Shown piece by piece: positions 25,134-36,412 of a stretch of 64,000 nt of DNA. The position numbers were made by a program, and so were the translations under genes. The first letter of the stretch is position 1. Each line of letters begins with the position of its first letter. The notes beneath the pieces are model-generated. The model ran no database searches. It was not told the DNA's origin and saw nothing but the letters and a program-made list of their open reading frames with translations. This DNA is from Tortispora ganteri (taxonomy: Eukaryota): positions 434,001 to 498,000 of the forward strand of contig PPNB01000001.1 of the NCBI GenBank assembly GCA_003707115.1, in the 5' to 3' direction.

Positions 25134-26099
25134 ATGGTGTTGCATAATCCTAACAACTGGCACTGGGTTGATAAGAACTGTGTTGATTGGTCTAAGCAAT
25201 ATTTCTCAGAAAAACTGTCAGGACTGAAAAGCGAGAAGGAAGGCATCCAAGCTGAAATTGCCGGATTAGAGGATTTACAAGGCGATGTTGACGTTTCCCA
25301 GCGCAAGGGCAAGGTGATTTCGATTTTTGACGTCAAACTGGTTCTGAAACTTGTGGGTGGCGAAGTAGAATCAGACAAAAAGGCGAAAGGTACGGTGACT
25401 ATTCCTGAAGTCGCTTACGACACCGAACGAGATGAATACGTCTTTGAAACTAATCTTGTTGGCGGTGAAAACAGTGCGTCTGACGCCGTGTGCGATAAAG
25501 TGAAACAACTTGTTCGCACAGATTTATCCGAGAAGATCAGAGATATACTGCAGGCGTTCGGGCCTGAGTTGATCAGAGTACATGGGCAGGATATCCAGCA
25601 TCCTCCCTCTGAGGTTAAGAGCGTGTTTACGGCATCGAACCAGATTCAAGGATCCGGTTCACACAGCTCAGATAGCAGTACTGGCTCCAAGACTAAAGCT
25701 GGTACTGAGACAGTTGTAGTTGAGACCACGTTTAACACCGCTCCCGAAGACGCATTCAAGACATTCACAGAGGAAGAACGAGTACAGGTCTGGGGTAGAG
25801 GCAAACCGAATGTATGGGACGCCAAAGTTGGCGGTAAGTACAGTTTGTTTGGCGGAAACGTAACGGGCGAGTTTAAGAGTCTAAAAGAGGCCGCTGAGAT
25901 TTCCCAGTCCTGGAAGCTTCCAAACTGGAAGAGTTTCGGACAGTTGAACATCACCCTAACACCAGTGCCGGGGTCCCCGGAGACAAAAGTTGTTTTCACG
26001 CTGACAGGAATACCTGTAGGTGACAAGGAAGCCGTTGAAGCCAATATCCACTCATACTATATACAGCCCATTAAGTTGGCGTTCGGATATGGTCTATGA
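25134..26099 (+). CDS. AHA1: Hsp90 co-chaperone Aha1
   Basis: MVLHNPNNWHWVDKNC, VSQRKGKVIS and a C-terminal AHSA1 domain. Confidence 0.95.
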   Translation: MVLHNPNNWHWVDKNCVDWSKQYFSEKLSGLKSEKEGIQAEIAGLEDLQGDVDVSQRKGKVISIFDVKLVLKLVGGEVESDKKAKGTVTIPEVAYDTERDEYVFETNLVGGENSASDAVCDKVKQLVRTDLSEKIRDILQAFGPELIRVHGQDIQHPPSEVKSVFTASNQIQGSGSHSSDSSTGSKTKAGTETVVVETTFNTAPEDAFKTFTEEERVQVWGRGKPNVWDAKVGGKYSLFGGNVTGEFKSLKEAAEISQSWKLPNWKSFGQLNITLTPVPGSPETKVVFTLTGIPVGDKEAVEANIHSYYIQPIKLAFGYGL

Positions 26100-26436
26100 G
26101 ATTGGCATCTAATAATAAACAGACAAATAGAGCAACTTGTTTATCGTAGAGCCATATAAAGCATTAGTAGTCCGATTTCGCACGTCATTGGATAATCTAT
26201 ATTTACTTTCTGAATTCTGGGCCAACCCCTGAACCGATTCGGTGATCAAGAAGTCACGCAGCGATAAAGTTGTTTAGTTGAGTTCAAATAATACCCTGGT
26301 ACCCTGGAGAATATGCAGGGGGTGTCATAGCAAGGTGCTTAAAGCCAATTATAAGGTGCAAATACGAGAGTAAGGATCGATTGAACGAGCATTTATCTAC
26401 CTTTACGGTTATCTATCAGATATATGCATAAGAGTG

Positions 26437-27252
26437 CGCGAAACGAGTCTCTTCGCCCTGGAATGTTACGTTGAGCGCGATTCAGACAACCTGCTTTTTT
26501 ACAGCAGCGTGAACTTTAGTAAATAAATCCACCAATATACCACTTAACAATACTCTAGCAATTGCACAAAAAGCGACCACTAATTCATACTAATCTGGTC
26601 CTACTTGCAGTGCAAGGTGAAAAAGCGATAACGCGGTATATTAAGGGGTAATAAACTGCATGTGTATTATGGTATAGAAGACGAAATAATAAAGTTTTTT
26701 CTATAACCTTATTTAGGAAGCCAATTTTCGTGATCGAGAAATATGCGCGTCCAGTCGTTAATGTGAGCGTACGCGACTAGACCGGACCTAGCGTCAAGAT
26801 ATGATTTTTGTATAAAGTACAGTGAAGTTTAATTTGAACGGCTTTTTTTTACACATACCAAGGAGAAAAGCAGATGCGAATTAGTGTGAGACCGGGGAAC
26901 ATCCCTGGTATATGCGAACGCGTGTATGGCACGTTCCTGTTTCAGCGAATTTGTTGCGATTTGTGCACGAAGTAATTATTAGCAAGGATATCGAGCAAGT
27001 ACAACACGACTTAATTGAGATTGGAATTTTCTCGCGCTGAGAAGCTACGACATAAGGAGAACCCTTGCAATGTAACCGTTGCGTAAGCCAAAAGTAGAAT
27101 TCTGAGGCAGTTGTCGAGCGAAATAAAGTGCTTTAAGGGCTGGACTTGACCAGGTCAGGCAATGATGCAGAGTGTCAGAGAAAACTTTACTATAAAGCAA
27201 TTTACCGGTTTTGGTAATAACCCTAACCTTTCCGCCGCGCTTTTACGCGAAA
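26437..27252 (+). promoter_or_regulatory. Cluster of SCB/MCB-like cell-cycle boxes upstream of the PCL cyclin
   Basis: CGCGAAA 26437-26443, TTTCGTG 26726-26732, ACGCGT 26918-26923, ACGCGAAA 27245-27252. Confidence 0.55.
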
Positions 27253-27769
27253 AGAACGATCTATCATAACAACTGTGCCAGGGATATTACCGAATAAGGA
27301 AATGGCAGGCTGAATTTGCTTAAACTTTATTGCTCTCCAGGGTAGGTCATACCTGCCTCCCCTGAGTTATTACAAACCGCGTCAGAACTATATATAACTG
27401 CTCTATTTGAATTCATTTTTCCTTCTTTCTTTTCTATCAGTATTCACATTTTGCTAGATAACTTTTATTGAACTTACTCTCTGCCTTTGCTGTCGTTTCA
27501 AGTTCTTTGACTGTGTTCCCTTCAAGCTCTCTTTGATTGATTAAGGTTTATAATTCCTTTCATCCCCTTGTTGCTCGAACATCAAACTCACCCCCTGACC
27601 ATTCTTTGCATATATTAAAGAGATTGCTTTTTTTCTCATCGCACGCCTTTTTATTATCGTGCTTTTTCTGTTTTCTGTTCTGCTTCTTTTTAGAATACGG
27701 ACACTTTCCTGATTACATATCATTTTCCGCAACAGAGCTGTCTTAATCTACATTCTGACTACTCCAATA

Positions 27770-28729
27770 ATGGCTTCGATCGATCACACCGCATTAGACA
27801 TCTTTATTAGATCCTCTGTCTCACCCCAGATGGTATCTTACCTTGCATCTGTCGCTTCTGGTGTCATTGACTGCTCTACCAATAGTGCAGCCTCTTCGCT
27901 GCCTTCACCTCCGCATAGCCCAAACGCTGCACCAGCCCCTGCCCTACCTTCGCTTGCGAAGTTCATCACCACCCTCGTCAACCGTTCAAACGTCCAAACG
28001 CCGACCCTCATGTCTTCACTCGTCTATCTAACCCGTCTTCGTGACAGACTACCGGCTATGGCTAAAGGTATGGCTTGCACCTGCCACCGTGTCTTCCTCG
28101 CCTGTCTCATCCTGGCGGCGAAGAACCTCAATGACTCATCTCCAAAGAACAAACACTGGGCTCGATATACTGAAGGGCTCTTCTCGCTTGCCGAGGTGAA
28201 CCTCATGGAACGCCAGCTTCTCTTTTTGCTCAACTGGGACCTCAGAATCACCAACAATGACCTTATTCATCATTTCTCACCCTTCCTGGCGCCCATCAAG
28301 CAGCGTATTCTGGCTTCTCAGTATGCTGCCCCACCTGTTCCTCAGACGCACCAACCTTCTATCTACTCCTCAAAAGCCTACCGTTCATTTGCCTCGCGTT
28401 CTGGCTCATCTTCTTCAATAGAGTCCGTATCAAGCATTGGAACGCCGCTCACTTCGCGCACCTCCTCTCCTGGCGTCCGCATGATCCCCAGCCTCTCATC
28501 ATCTTCCTCTTCCATCAGCTCTGCCGACGAACTATGCACACCCCGGTCGGAAGGCACCTCTCTCCACATCAAAACGAAAATCCCTACAGCGGAGGCGGTA
28601 AATGTCGCCATGGAGCAGAAATACGGCTCGTACCATCACAAAGCCTACCAACCTGTTGAAATGACTAAATCCACCTCTCGCCCAAATCTCCTTTCGAGAT
28701 TATGGCGATCTGACGAAATCTCTATATAG
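27770..28729 (+). CDS. Pho85 cyclin, Pcl1/Pcl2 family
   Basis: [44 protein letters not shown]; Ser-rich tail. Confidence 0.93.
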   Translation: MASIDHTALDIFIRSSVSPQMVSYLASVASGVIDCSTNSAASSLPSPPHSPNAAPAPALPSLAKFITTLVNRSNVQTPTLMSSLVYLTRLRDRLPAMAKGMACTCHRVFLACLILAAKNLNDSSPKNKHWARYTEGLFSLAEVNLMERQLLFLLNWDLRITNNDLIHHFSPFLAPIKQRILASQYAAPPVPQTHQPSIYSSKAYRSFASRSGSSSSIESVSSIGTPLTSRTSSPGVRMIPSLSSSSSSISSADELCTPRSEGTSLHIKTKIPTAEAVNVAMEQKYGSYHHKAYQPVEMTKSTSRPNLLSRLWRSDEISI

Positions 28730-28854
28730 ACAGTGCAACTGGTTTGCAGCGTCTACTGTATTACGAACTACATATCTTATTATGACTTTTATACATCACA
28801 TCTTTACTTTATTACCCGTAAGTTTTTTCTTTTACTGTTAGTCATATTATCTGG

Positions 28855-29226
28855 CTAATCTTCTTCAATCTTTTTCTTCAATTCCTCGGGCAGATCCAAC
28901 CCGACACGCCGTGCTGTTAGTCGGATCCGCTCAATGTCCTCTAACGAGCTCGTCGGATTGTACCGATCCAACAGCGTCTGGTATGTCCGCTGCGCCCGCA
29001 GGTAATTCAGCACCTCGCGTGCATGATTCATACTTCCTGCTTTAGCTTCCCATGCATTTCGCAGCGTCTTTCGCGGATGCTGCTTCGCCTCAGGATGTTC
29101 TGGTACAGTGCTACTGGTCTGTCGGTTCACCATATCCCGGATAGCAGCTGTCTGAGGTGCAACTGACACCGTCGGGTCCTTCAACAGCGACACTTCTCGC
29201 AATAGCTGCCGATATAATGTCTTCAT
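28855..29226 (-). CDS. FMC1: Mitochondrial ATP synthase assembly factor Fmc1
   Basis: LYR motif (LYRQLLRE), YLRAQRTY..LL.RYNP, RLTARRVGLDLP. Confidence 0.88.
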   Translation of the reverse strand: MKTLYRQLLREVSLLKDPTVSVAPQTAAIRDMVNRQTSSTVPEHPEAKQHPRKTLRNAWEAKAGSMNHAREVLNYLRAQRTYQTLLDRYNPTSSLEDIERIRLTARRVGLDLPEELKKKIEED

Positions 29227-29348
29227 TCTTTCTCAAAGAGCTTTATGAAAAAGGTAACAGTTATTTCCGTCGTTGCTACCCTAAATCCTCGTTCGATCAC
29301 CCACCCATACTACCACCATTAGTCCTACTACATCGCTTCTTTTGCTCT

Positions 29349-30782
29349 ATGTCCGCACGTCGTGCAACCATGGAATTCCTTAACTTCGTAAACAACTCTC
29401 CTACACCCTATCATGCCGTTGCTAATGTCGCTGCTATGCTCAAATCTCACGGCTTTGTTCAGCTGAAAGAGTCTGACCCCTCATGGGGACCCTCCCTCCT
29501 CAACAACTCTAAGTTCTTCGTCACCAGAAATGATTCCTCTATTATAGCTTTCACCACTCTAGGCCTGTCATCGCCACTTAACTCTTTTGCCATTGTCGGC
29601 GCTCATACCGACTCCCCCTGTCTGCGCCTCAAACCCGTCTCCTCTAAGATAGCAAATGGTTTCCTTCAAGTCGCAATAGAGACCTACGGCGGCGGACTGT
29701 GGCACACTTGGTTCGACAGAGACCTTTCTGCCGCCGGACGCGTCCTTTATAAGAAAGAAAACCTTATAAAGGCAGGTCTAGTCGCCCTCAAGGACCCCAT
29801 AATGCGCATCCCTACCCTTGCAATTCATCTCAATCGCGAAGCAAGCAATAAGTTCGAATTCAACAAAGAAACTCAATTGCTCCCGATCGCAGGTCTAGTC
29901 AGCAACAATGACGCCGATAAACCTGATTCTTCTGTTGCACAATCAGCAGAATCTGTTCTGCCTGATATTGCTCATCGACACCTGCCAGGACTACTCGAAC
30001 GCGTGGCTAAAGAGCTTGGTATCACTTCTTCCGATATCGTCGATTTTGAACTCGTTCTTCATGACACTCAACCAGCTACCTTGGGTGGTCTTCAGTCAGA
30101 ACTCATTTTTTCACCTCGTTTAGACAATCTCAACTCAACATTCTGTGCAACTGAGGGCTTGCTCAAGGCCTGTGAAGCCAATATTGCTCCCGGTGTAATT
30201 CCATTGATCTCTTTGTTCGATCACGAAGAGATTGGCTCAGAAAGCGCACAGGGTGCTCGCTCTCATTTCCTTAAAACAACTCTTCAGCGAATCTACTATT
30301 CGATAAAAGAGAACGGCGGCGTGCTGCTACCTGACTACGATGCTGTAATGGCACGCTCCTTGCTTCTGTCGGCTGATATGGCACACGGCGTACATCCTAA
30401 TTATGCTTCTAAGCACGAAGACGCACATAAACCGGCATTAAACAAAGGCCCAGTTATAAAAATCAACGCAAATCAGAGATACGCTACAAACTCTATCGGC
30501 ATTGCACTACTACAGAAAATAGCTGGGCTTGAGTCCACACCGGTCCCTCTACAACTATTTGTTGTGCGAAACGACTCTCCTTGCGGTTCTACTATTGGAC
30601 CTGCACTATCAGCTGACCTTGGTATGCCAACATTAGATTTAGGCAACCCGCAGCTCAGCATGCACTCTATACGCGAAACTGGTGGCCGCGATGATATCGA
30701 TCACGCCGTTAATTTGTACAGGAAATTCTTTATGTACTACGGCATAGCTAAGGCAGAAGTTTTAGTTGATATTGAATACTAA
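29349..30782 (+). CDS. APE4: Aspartyl aminopeptidase (M18)
   Basis: SPTPYHAV, GAHTDSP, RLDN, FDHEEIGS, SADMAH, LSMHSIRE; likely start 29349. Confidence 0.93.
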   Translation: MSARRATMEFLNFVNNSPTPYHAVANVAAMLKSHGFVQLKESDPSWGPSLLNNSKFFVTRNDSSIIAFTTLGLSSPLNSFAIVGAHTDSPCLRLKPVSSKIANGFLQVAIETYGGGLWHTWFDRDLSAAGRVLYKKENLIKAGLVALKDPIMRIPTLAIHLNREASNKFEFNKETQLLPIAGLVSNNDADKPDSSVAQSAESVLPDIAHRHLPGLLERVAKELGITSSDIVDFELVLHDTQPATLGGLQSELIFSPRLDNLNSTFCATEGLLKACEANIAPGVIPLISLFDHEEIGSESAQGARSHFLKTTLQRIYYSIKENGGVLLPDYDAVMARSLLLSADMAHGVHPNYASKHEDAHKPALNKGPVIKINANQRYATNSIGIALLQKIAGLESTPVPLQLFVVRNDSPCGSTIGPALSADLGMPTLDLGNPQLSMHSIRETGGRDDIDHAVNLYRKFFMYYGIAKAEVLVDIEY

Positions 30783-30820
30783 CATGGTTGTTCTTATCTA
30801 AACTCGTTTTCTCTACACCT

Positions 30821-31408
30821 CTATGTCTCCTCATATGCTGCGATCTGCTTCTTTACAGCTTGCTCATACAACTCACGGATATCGGCAGGTACGTCGGCCT
30901 TTTTGCCGACAGAATAGTCCACGGTGACAATACATTCCCTGATTCTAGCAGCCACACATTTAGCTTTGTGACTAAAAATAAGACCTCTCAAATAAAAGCG
31001 GTCTTTATCCATTTGTGAGACGCGGTGTAAGCACGTAATTTTGTCAGGGTATTGCACAGGATACTTCCATTCTAAGTCGACCTGTCTAATAATTGGACCA
31101 ACACCTTTGCCTGACATAAATTGGCTGTTAGAGAATTGACCATTGAACATATTCACACGCGCTGACTCAAACCATTTCAAATAAACCACATTGTTAACAT
31201 GATTAAACACATCTTCGTCTCCCCATATAACTTCACGCTCAGGCAAGTGTGGGATACTGAAATCATAGCCACCAGTACTCGTACCATCTAGCTTATTTTC
31301 TCTATCAGCTTCCTTCTTTGCCAATTCTTTCATCCATGTTGCAACGCATCGCCTTTGCGTAGCCCCACCTGCTCTTCCGAGCACCAATATTGATCTCTTC
31401 GCTAGCAT
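30821..31408 (-). CDS. Hotdog-fold (4HBT-like) thioesterase, probably mitochondrial
   Basis: WGDED.FNHVNNVVYLKWFESARV, PV.YPD; Arg-rich N-terminal presequence. Confidence 0.85.
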   Translation of the reverse strand: MLAKRSILVLGRAGGATQRRCVATWMKELAKKEADRENKLDGTSTGGYDFSIPHLPEREVIWGDEDVFNHVNNVVYLKWFESARVNMFNGQFSNSQFMSGKGVGPIIRQVDLEWKYPVQYPDKITCLHRVSQMDKDRFYLRGLIFSHKAKCVAARIRECIVTVDYSVGKKADVPADIRELYEQAVKKQIAAYEET

Positions 31409-32320
31409 GTTTGTTTACTATCACAATAGCACGTCTTTCGATACTCTTATCAGATACTATATCAATTTATACCAACTTCTAGACAATCAAACTAGATCTA
31501 TAAATCTATCTGGTATGTGCAGGTAAAGGCTAACTGGAAGTTAACCGAATACATCGCCATTTACCCCACAGTCACGTGATAACGGCCCAATGTCGGCATC
31601 CGCTTTTTCTGCGCGCGCTGCTGGCGCCCCCATTCGCTCTATATTTTTCTGTATTTACTGTCTATTTAATTTATCTTGCTGATTCCTTATACGAGCACTG
31701 TTTTGGACCATTTTTAACCACATATCAATCTCGTGCACTATATCGTCCTCATTCACTCTCAGAGCCTCAACGTGCTTAGCCATCAGTCTTTCCGTCCCGT
31801 ATAACAGATCAACGCTGCATATCGTTAGTTCGTATAGCAAACCTTTTTTGAAAATACTTCTATTTCATTCTATCAGTCTGTATTCGAGTCTATATACCGA
31901 CAACTGCTGCTTCAGCAGCTGTGTGCTTAAGGCGAAATCGATATCAAGCGTGTTGTCATGGTAACTACAAGAAACAATTTCTTGACCTTCACTTGCGTTA
32001 GATCGCTTCATATACATTGATTGATTATTCTTTCTGCATTTTCCTTGCGCCACCATATATCTAATATCGAGACATATAAACGATCGCTAGTATTTTAACT
32101 GATATTAGGATTTGCGATCTCTGATTGAAACTATTGTGCCGATATTACTTAGTTTGTTTTCAGATTGTTTCGATTTGTTATCAACAACTACCCACTCCTC
32201 TCTGTTAACGTGTTGTTTTGATTACTCTGTGTGACGCATTTTGACTAGTTATTATTGTTTTGTTTTGCTTTTATTTTTTGTGGCTTTGTATCTGTATTTT
32301 GGTTCCGGTTTTTCTAGAGG

Positions 32321-34318
32321 ATGACCGACGCTTTCGTCGGCAGCTTCCATGATGCTCAAGTGAGAGAAGCTGCCGCTGCAAGACAAGCCTCCTCGCCGCA
32401 TCATTATGCCAGAGCTGCCGCTGCCGCTCAATCGGTTCTGCCGTATGCTCATACTCCCGTTCAATCTCACCAAACACTAGCGTCTACAAATTATGCGCAT
32501 AACCAATCCCCATTGTCTAGTTATACCAACTTAGCTGATCGACCGGGCACACCTGGAAGACCTCCTCGAAACGATCAGCCCAATGGCCAATACAATAATA
32601 AATCAAGCAATTTGGTAAGAACTACTGCATCTGCGCCAAGTAATTCCTGGAACTCTTTGGATATGTCAGGCCAAGGCTTACTAAACTTATCCCCTGCCCT
32701 CTTCAACTTCACCTTCTTGGAATACCTATATCTTGGCCACAATAATCTACGAACACTTCCTGCTGGAATTGGAAAGTTGAAATATCTGCAAGTTTTGGAC
32801 TTGACTGCAAACTTTATCGAAACTCTTCCTCCGCAAATTGGCCTTCTCTCTAGCTTGAAAAAGCTGCTGCTGTTCGATAACAATCTTCAAAGTTTGCCTT
32901 CTGAAATAGGAATGCTGTATCATTTGGAACTCATTGGTCTTGAAGGTAACAGTTCTCTTCCTGAAGAAAATATGAAAATACTGAATGAGTCAGGAACTAA
33001 AGCCCTTATTTCGAGCATCAGAGACTCTGCACCTGTTTCGTTACCGCCTGCTCCGCGGGAATGGATTGAACCGGAAATGTCGTCTAACTTGTCTTCACAT
33101 GATGACAGCTCGTCAAGTCTTGGAGGTATTGGGCGTTCAAGCTTAGATGGTACTAAATGGAAATCTCTGCGCATCCCAGCTTCTACTGCTTTGGAAGCAG
33201 GCGCTGCAGTATCTAAAAGGCATCGAACTCCCATAGACGCCAATTCTCAATTTGGCATTATGACCTACAATATTCTGTGCGACAAGTACGCTACAGCTCA
33301 ACTATACGGTTACACGCCATCATGGGCTTTAGCTAACAAGTATCGTCAAGACCATATAAAGCAGGAACTTTTAGCGAGCGACAGTGACATTATATGCCTG
33401 CAGGAAATTGATGTTGAGTCTCATGAAGACTTTTTCCTGCCGACTCTTTCCTCTAAGGGATATGCGACCGTGTTTTTTAACAAAACACGACCGTGGACTA
33501 AGACTGATTCTGAGAAACGTAATATTGATGGCTGTGCTATCTACTTCAAAGAATCCAAGTTCCAATTAGTTGATCAACAGAAGCTTGAATTCAATCAATT
33601 AGCTCTTCGTCGCGAAGATTTGAAGAAGACAGAAGATGTTTATAACCGCGTGATGAATAAGGATAACATAGCTACCGTTGCTCTACTGCTGCACAAGCCT
33701 ACGGGATCAAAGCTGATAGTGGTCAGTGCGCATATCCATTGGGACCCTGCTTACAAGGATGTTAAGTTAGTCCAAGGTGCGCTGCTGCTGGAAGAGCTAA
33801 GCCAATTGGAGAAGAAATTTTACGAAATGAATGTGGCGACACCGGAAGGCCTTGAGGGACCGATGCCGCGCTATGCATCTGCGGACAAAATACCAGTAGT
33901 CATATGCGGTGACTTCAATTCTACGCCTGATTCTGGTGTGTATGAGCTGTTCTCTACTGGTGCTGTTTCTGCGGACCATTCTGACTTAGAGGACCGAGTG
34001 TATGGCAAGTTTACGCAAGAGGGTATTTCTCACCGGTTACCATTGCGGTCTATCTATGCTGGGTTAAACGAATTACCGTTTACCAATTATACTCCTGGGT
34101 TTTCAGGTGTCATTGACTATATTTGGACATCTACTGCGTCACTTTCAGTCGATGCGGTTCTGGGTCCTGTTGATGGTGAATACGCCAAGAGCGTCGTAGG
34201 ATTTCCTAATGCTCATTTTCCCTCAGACCACATCCCGCTTTCTGCGTGCCTGCACTTCAAGTCTCAAAAAGACTCCACTTTGCACAAATCTTATACTAGT
34301 GACGGCGCTAAGAAATAA
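32321..34318 (+). CDS. CCR4: Ccr4 deadenylase (LRR + EEP)
   Basis: LRR repeats, then TYNILCDKYAT, ICLQE, CGDFNS, IDYIW, PSDH. Confidence 0.95.
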   Translation: MTDAFVGSFHDAQVREAAAARQASSPHHYARAAAAAQSVLPYAHTPVQSHQTLASTNYAHNQSPLSSYTNLADRPGTPGRPPRNDQPNGQYNNKSSNLVRTTASAPSNSWNSLDMSGQGLLNLSPALFNFTFLEYLYLGHNNLRTLPAGIGKLKYLQVLDLTANFIETLPPQIGLLSSLKKLLLFDNNLQSLPSEIGMLYHLELIGLEGNSSLPEENMKILNESGTKALISSIRDSAPVSLPPAPREWIEPEMSSNLSSHDDSSSSLGGIGRSSLDGTKWKSLRIPASTALEAGAAVSKRHRTPIDANSQFGIMTYNILCDKYATAQLYGYTPSWALANKYRQDHIKQELLASDSDIICLQEIDVESHEDFFLPTLSSKGYATVFFNKTRPWTKTDSEKRNIDGCAIYFKESKFQLVDQQKLEFNQLALRREDLKKTEDVYNRVMNKDNIATVALLLHKPTGSKLIVVSAHIHWDPAYKDVKLVQGALLLEELSQLEKKFYEMNVATPEGLEGPMPRYASADKIPVVICGDFNSTPDSGVYELFSTGAVSADHSDLEDRVYGKFTQEGISHRLPLRSIYAGLNELPFTNYTPGFSGVIDYIWTSTASLSVDAVLGPVDGEYAKSVVGFPNAHFPSDHIPLSACLHFKSQKDSTLHKSYTSDGAKK

Positions 34319-34448
34319 TAAACAAAATATCTCAAGAGAAGTCCGGTTGTGTAGAGCGCGCTTTCCCCGCCACCCTTTACCATCCCCCACTGCCCAGTTG
34401 CACCTTGCAACCCCACGTTCGGCTGCATTACCAATTTCAACCATAAAC

Positions 34449-35300
34449 ATGAAGCAAGAGTATCTAGAGAAATACGATACATTTTTATTTGATTGTGATG
34501 GGGTATTATGGCTAGGTACACAACCGATTGCCGGTGCGATCGAGGTTGTAGAGCAGTTATTGACGAAAAAGAAACAAGTCTTGTTTGTGACCAACAACTC
34601 TACGAAATCTAGAGAACAGTATGCGAAGAAGTTTGCGCAGTTGGGTTTTAAAGGAGTCACACCCGATAATATATTTGGGTCAGCGTATGCGACAGCTGTT
34701 TACTTGAAGCAAGTCCGCAATATCTCGAAAGCGTTTGTTATTGGTGAATCGGGGCTGCAAAGCGAATTGGAGTCTGAAGGCATTATAGTAGTGGGCGGAG
34801 TGGATCCTGCGCTAGATCGACCTATAGCGCCTGAAGACTACAGTCAAATTAAGCCTGACCCTACTGTTGAGGCAGTAGTCTCTGGACTCGACCATAAGTT
34901 CAACTACCTTAAGATCGCGCATGCACAGGCGCATCTTGAACAAGAATCTACGCTATTTGTGGCTACAAATATTGATTCTACTTTCCCTACAGACGGTAGA
35001 TTATTCCCTGGCGCAGGCACAATTGCGGCGGCTGTGAGCTGTTGTAGCGGCCGCACCCCCATGGCTATGGGCAAACCTTCTCCGCAAATGATGGACGCGA
35101 TCAAAGCCAAAACGCACTTCCAACCAGATAGAGCTCTGATGATCGGCGATAGACTTAATACAGACATAGAATTTGGAAATGAAGGTGGATTGTCGACTTT
35201 ATTGGTCCTCAGCGGTGTGACTACTAAGGAGCAGGCTGAAGCGGCAGTCGAGTTGCAGAAGCCCGATTACGTCGTGTCTAGTATAGCTGATTTGTTGTAG
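34449..35300 (+). CDS. PHO13: HAD-IIA p-nitrophenyl phosphatase
   Basis: FLFDCDGVLW, FVTNNS, GKPS, MIGDRLNTDI; first ATG 34449. Confidence 0.92.
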   Translation: MKQEYLEKYDTFLFDCDGVLWLGTQPIAGAIEVVEQLLTKKKQVLFVTNNSTKSREQYAKKFAQLGFKGVTPDNIFGSAYATAVYLKQVRNISKAFVIGESGLQSELESEGIIVVGGVDPALDRPIAPEDYSQIKPDPTVEAVVSGLDHKFNYLKIAHAQAHLEQESTLFVATNIDSTFPTDGRLFPGAGTIAAAVSCCSGRTPMAMGKPSPQMMDAIKAKTHFQPDRALMIGDRLNTDIEFGNEGGLSTLLVLSGVTTKEQAEAAVELQKPDYVVSSIADLL

Positions 35301-35462
35301 TTTATTATAGTATCATAAACGTGCCGAATGAATGCAAAGAGTAATGCAATGTGAATAAGAGAATGTGAAATTTAAGAAGAGTATATAAAAGAGTGGATGT
35401 AAGAGAATGAAAGGAAGCATGATGCCAGTAACAGATTTAGTTAACATGATCCACAGCCTCAA

Positions 35463-35942
35463 TCATTGACCTGCATGAAATATTGAGACATGGATTTGTT
35501 TTTCATGATATCTCCATATCCGTTCATTGTAGTCGACTTTGACTACGTTGCCGCGCTCGTCGGAGAACTCTAAGGTCGGATTCCCAGATGATCTCCGTGA
35601 ATATACCTTGCATACTGCTGCTTCTATTTCACCTAACAACGTAGCAATCTTGGTAGCAGGATCTTGACCTGAAAGATGAACTGTTCTTGTATCTTTTAAT
35701 AGTGTATCGTGGAGGACTATTTCGAGTTCTACTTTCTGCGAGAATTCCAATGCTTTTATCGCGTTGGATGTATAAGAGTCATAATTGGATTCCAATGGTT
35801 CAGGATCTGTAAAAATCTTGAATGGTTCAGTTCTGTCAATTGCTTCATAGTCTTGCAATGACTTTGTGCTGCTGAAACCAGAATCTCGTCTCTCAGTGTA
35901 TGTGTGTCTATGAATATCAATGAATGTGGGTGATCTGCGCAT
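35463..35942 (-). CDS. Hypothetical protein (159 aa)
   Basis: ATG-started ORF occupying the PHO13-SEC23 gap; no family recognised. Confidence 0.6.
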   Translation of the reverse strand: MRRSPTFIDIHRHTYTERRDSGFSSTKSLQDYEAIDRTEPFKIFTDPEPLESNYDSYTSNAIKALEFSQKVELEIVLHDTLLKDTRTVHLSGQDPATKIATLLGEIEAAVCKVYSRRSSGNPTLEFSDERGNVVKVDYNERIWRYHEKQIHVSIFHAGQ

Positions 35943-36412
35943 AGTAAATGACCGGACAGCCTTAGGTGCACTCTAAAAAAATTATTGAATGATGTGAAAG
36001 CAAAAAACCAACGTGAAACTGTAGATTTTAGTAATTGAAGAATACGAGACCCATAATACGATCTTCGCTATTTATCTAATCTTTCGCCAGCCGTCTTATG
36101 TTAATATGCAGCCTTGACAGCCAGCCGTATTACCCAATTAGGAAAGTTTGGCTAGTTTTAATAAAGTTTATTCTAATTAAAGTTTCTTTTCAGCCAGGTA
36201 CCTTGTTTCACTGTATTCCTGTTCTCATTGAAATAATAATGACTTATTATTTGAATCATGAAACATCTTAGAGCCTTGTATTTCAATAATTGTCTAAAGT
36301 GTGGCGTGCCAGTACCGACCGTCGACAAGCTTTTAAAAATATATGCTTCTTATTGCACTGTATATGCTTACTAAAAAATAAAGTACTAGCATAACAATTA
36401 ATTCTATTGACT

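Noticed and set aside
27218..27228. TAACCCTAACC as a telomerase RNA template
   Set aside because: Lies about 540 nt before the cyclin ATG within its promoter; no recognisable downstream pseudoknot or CR4/5; similar boxes occur at other promoters.
31409..32320. 5' intron or extra exon for CCR4
   Set aside because: A pyrimidine tract and TAG precede the ATG, but I found no convincing donor plus branch point.
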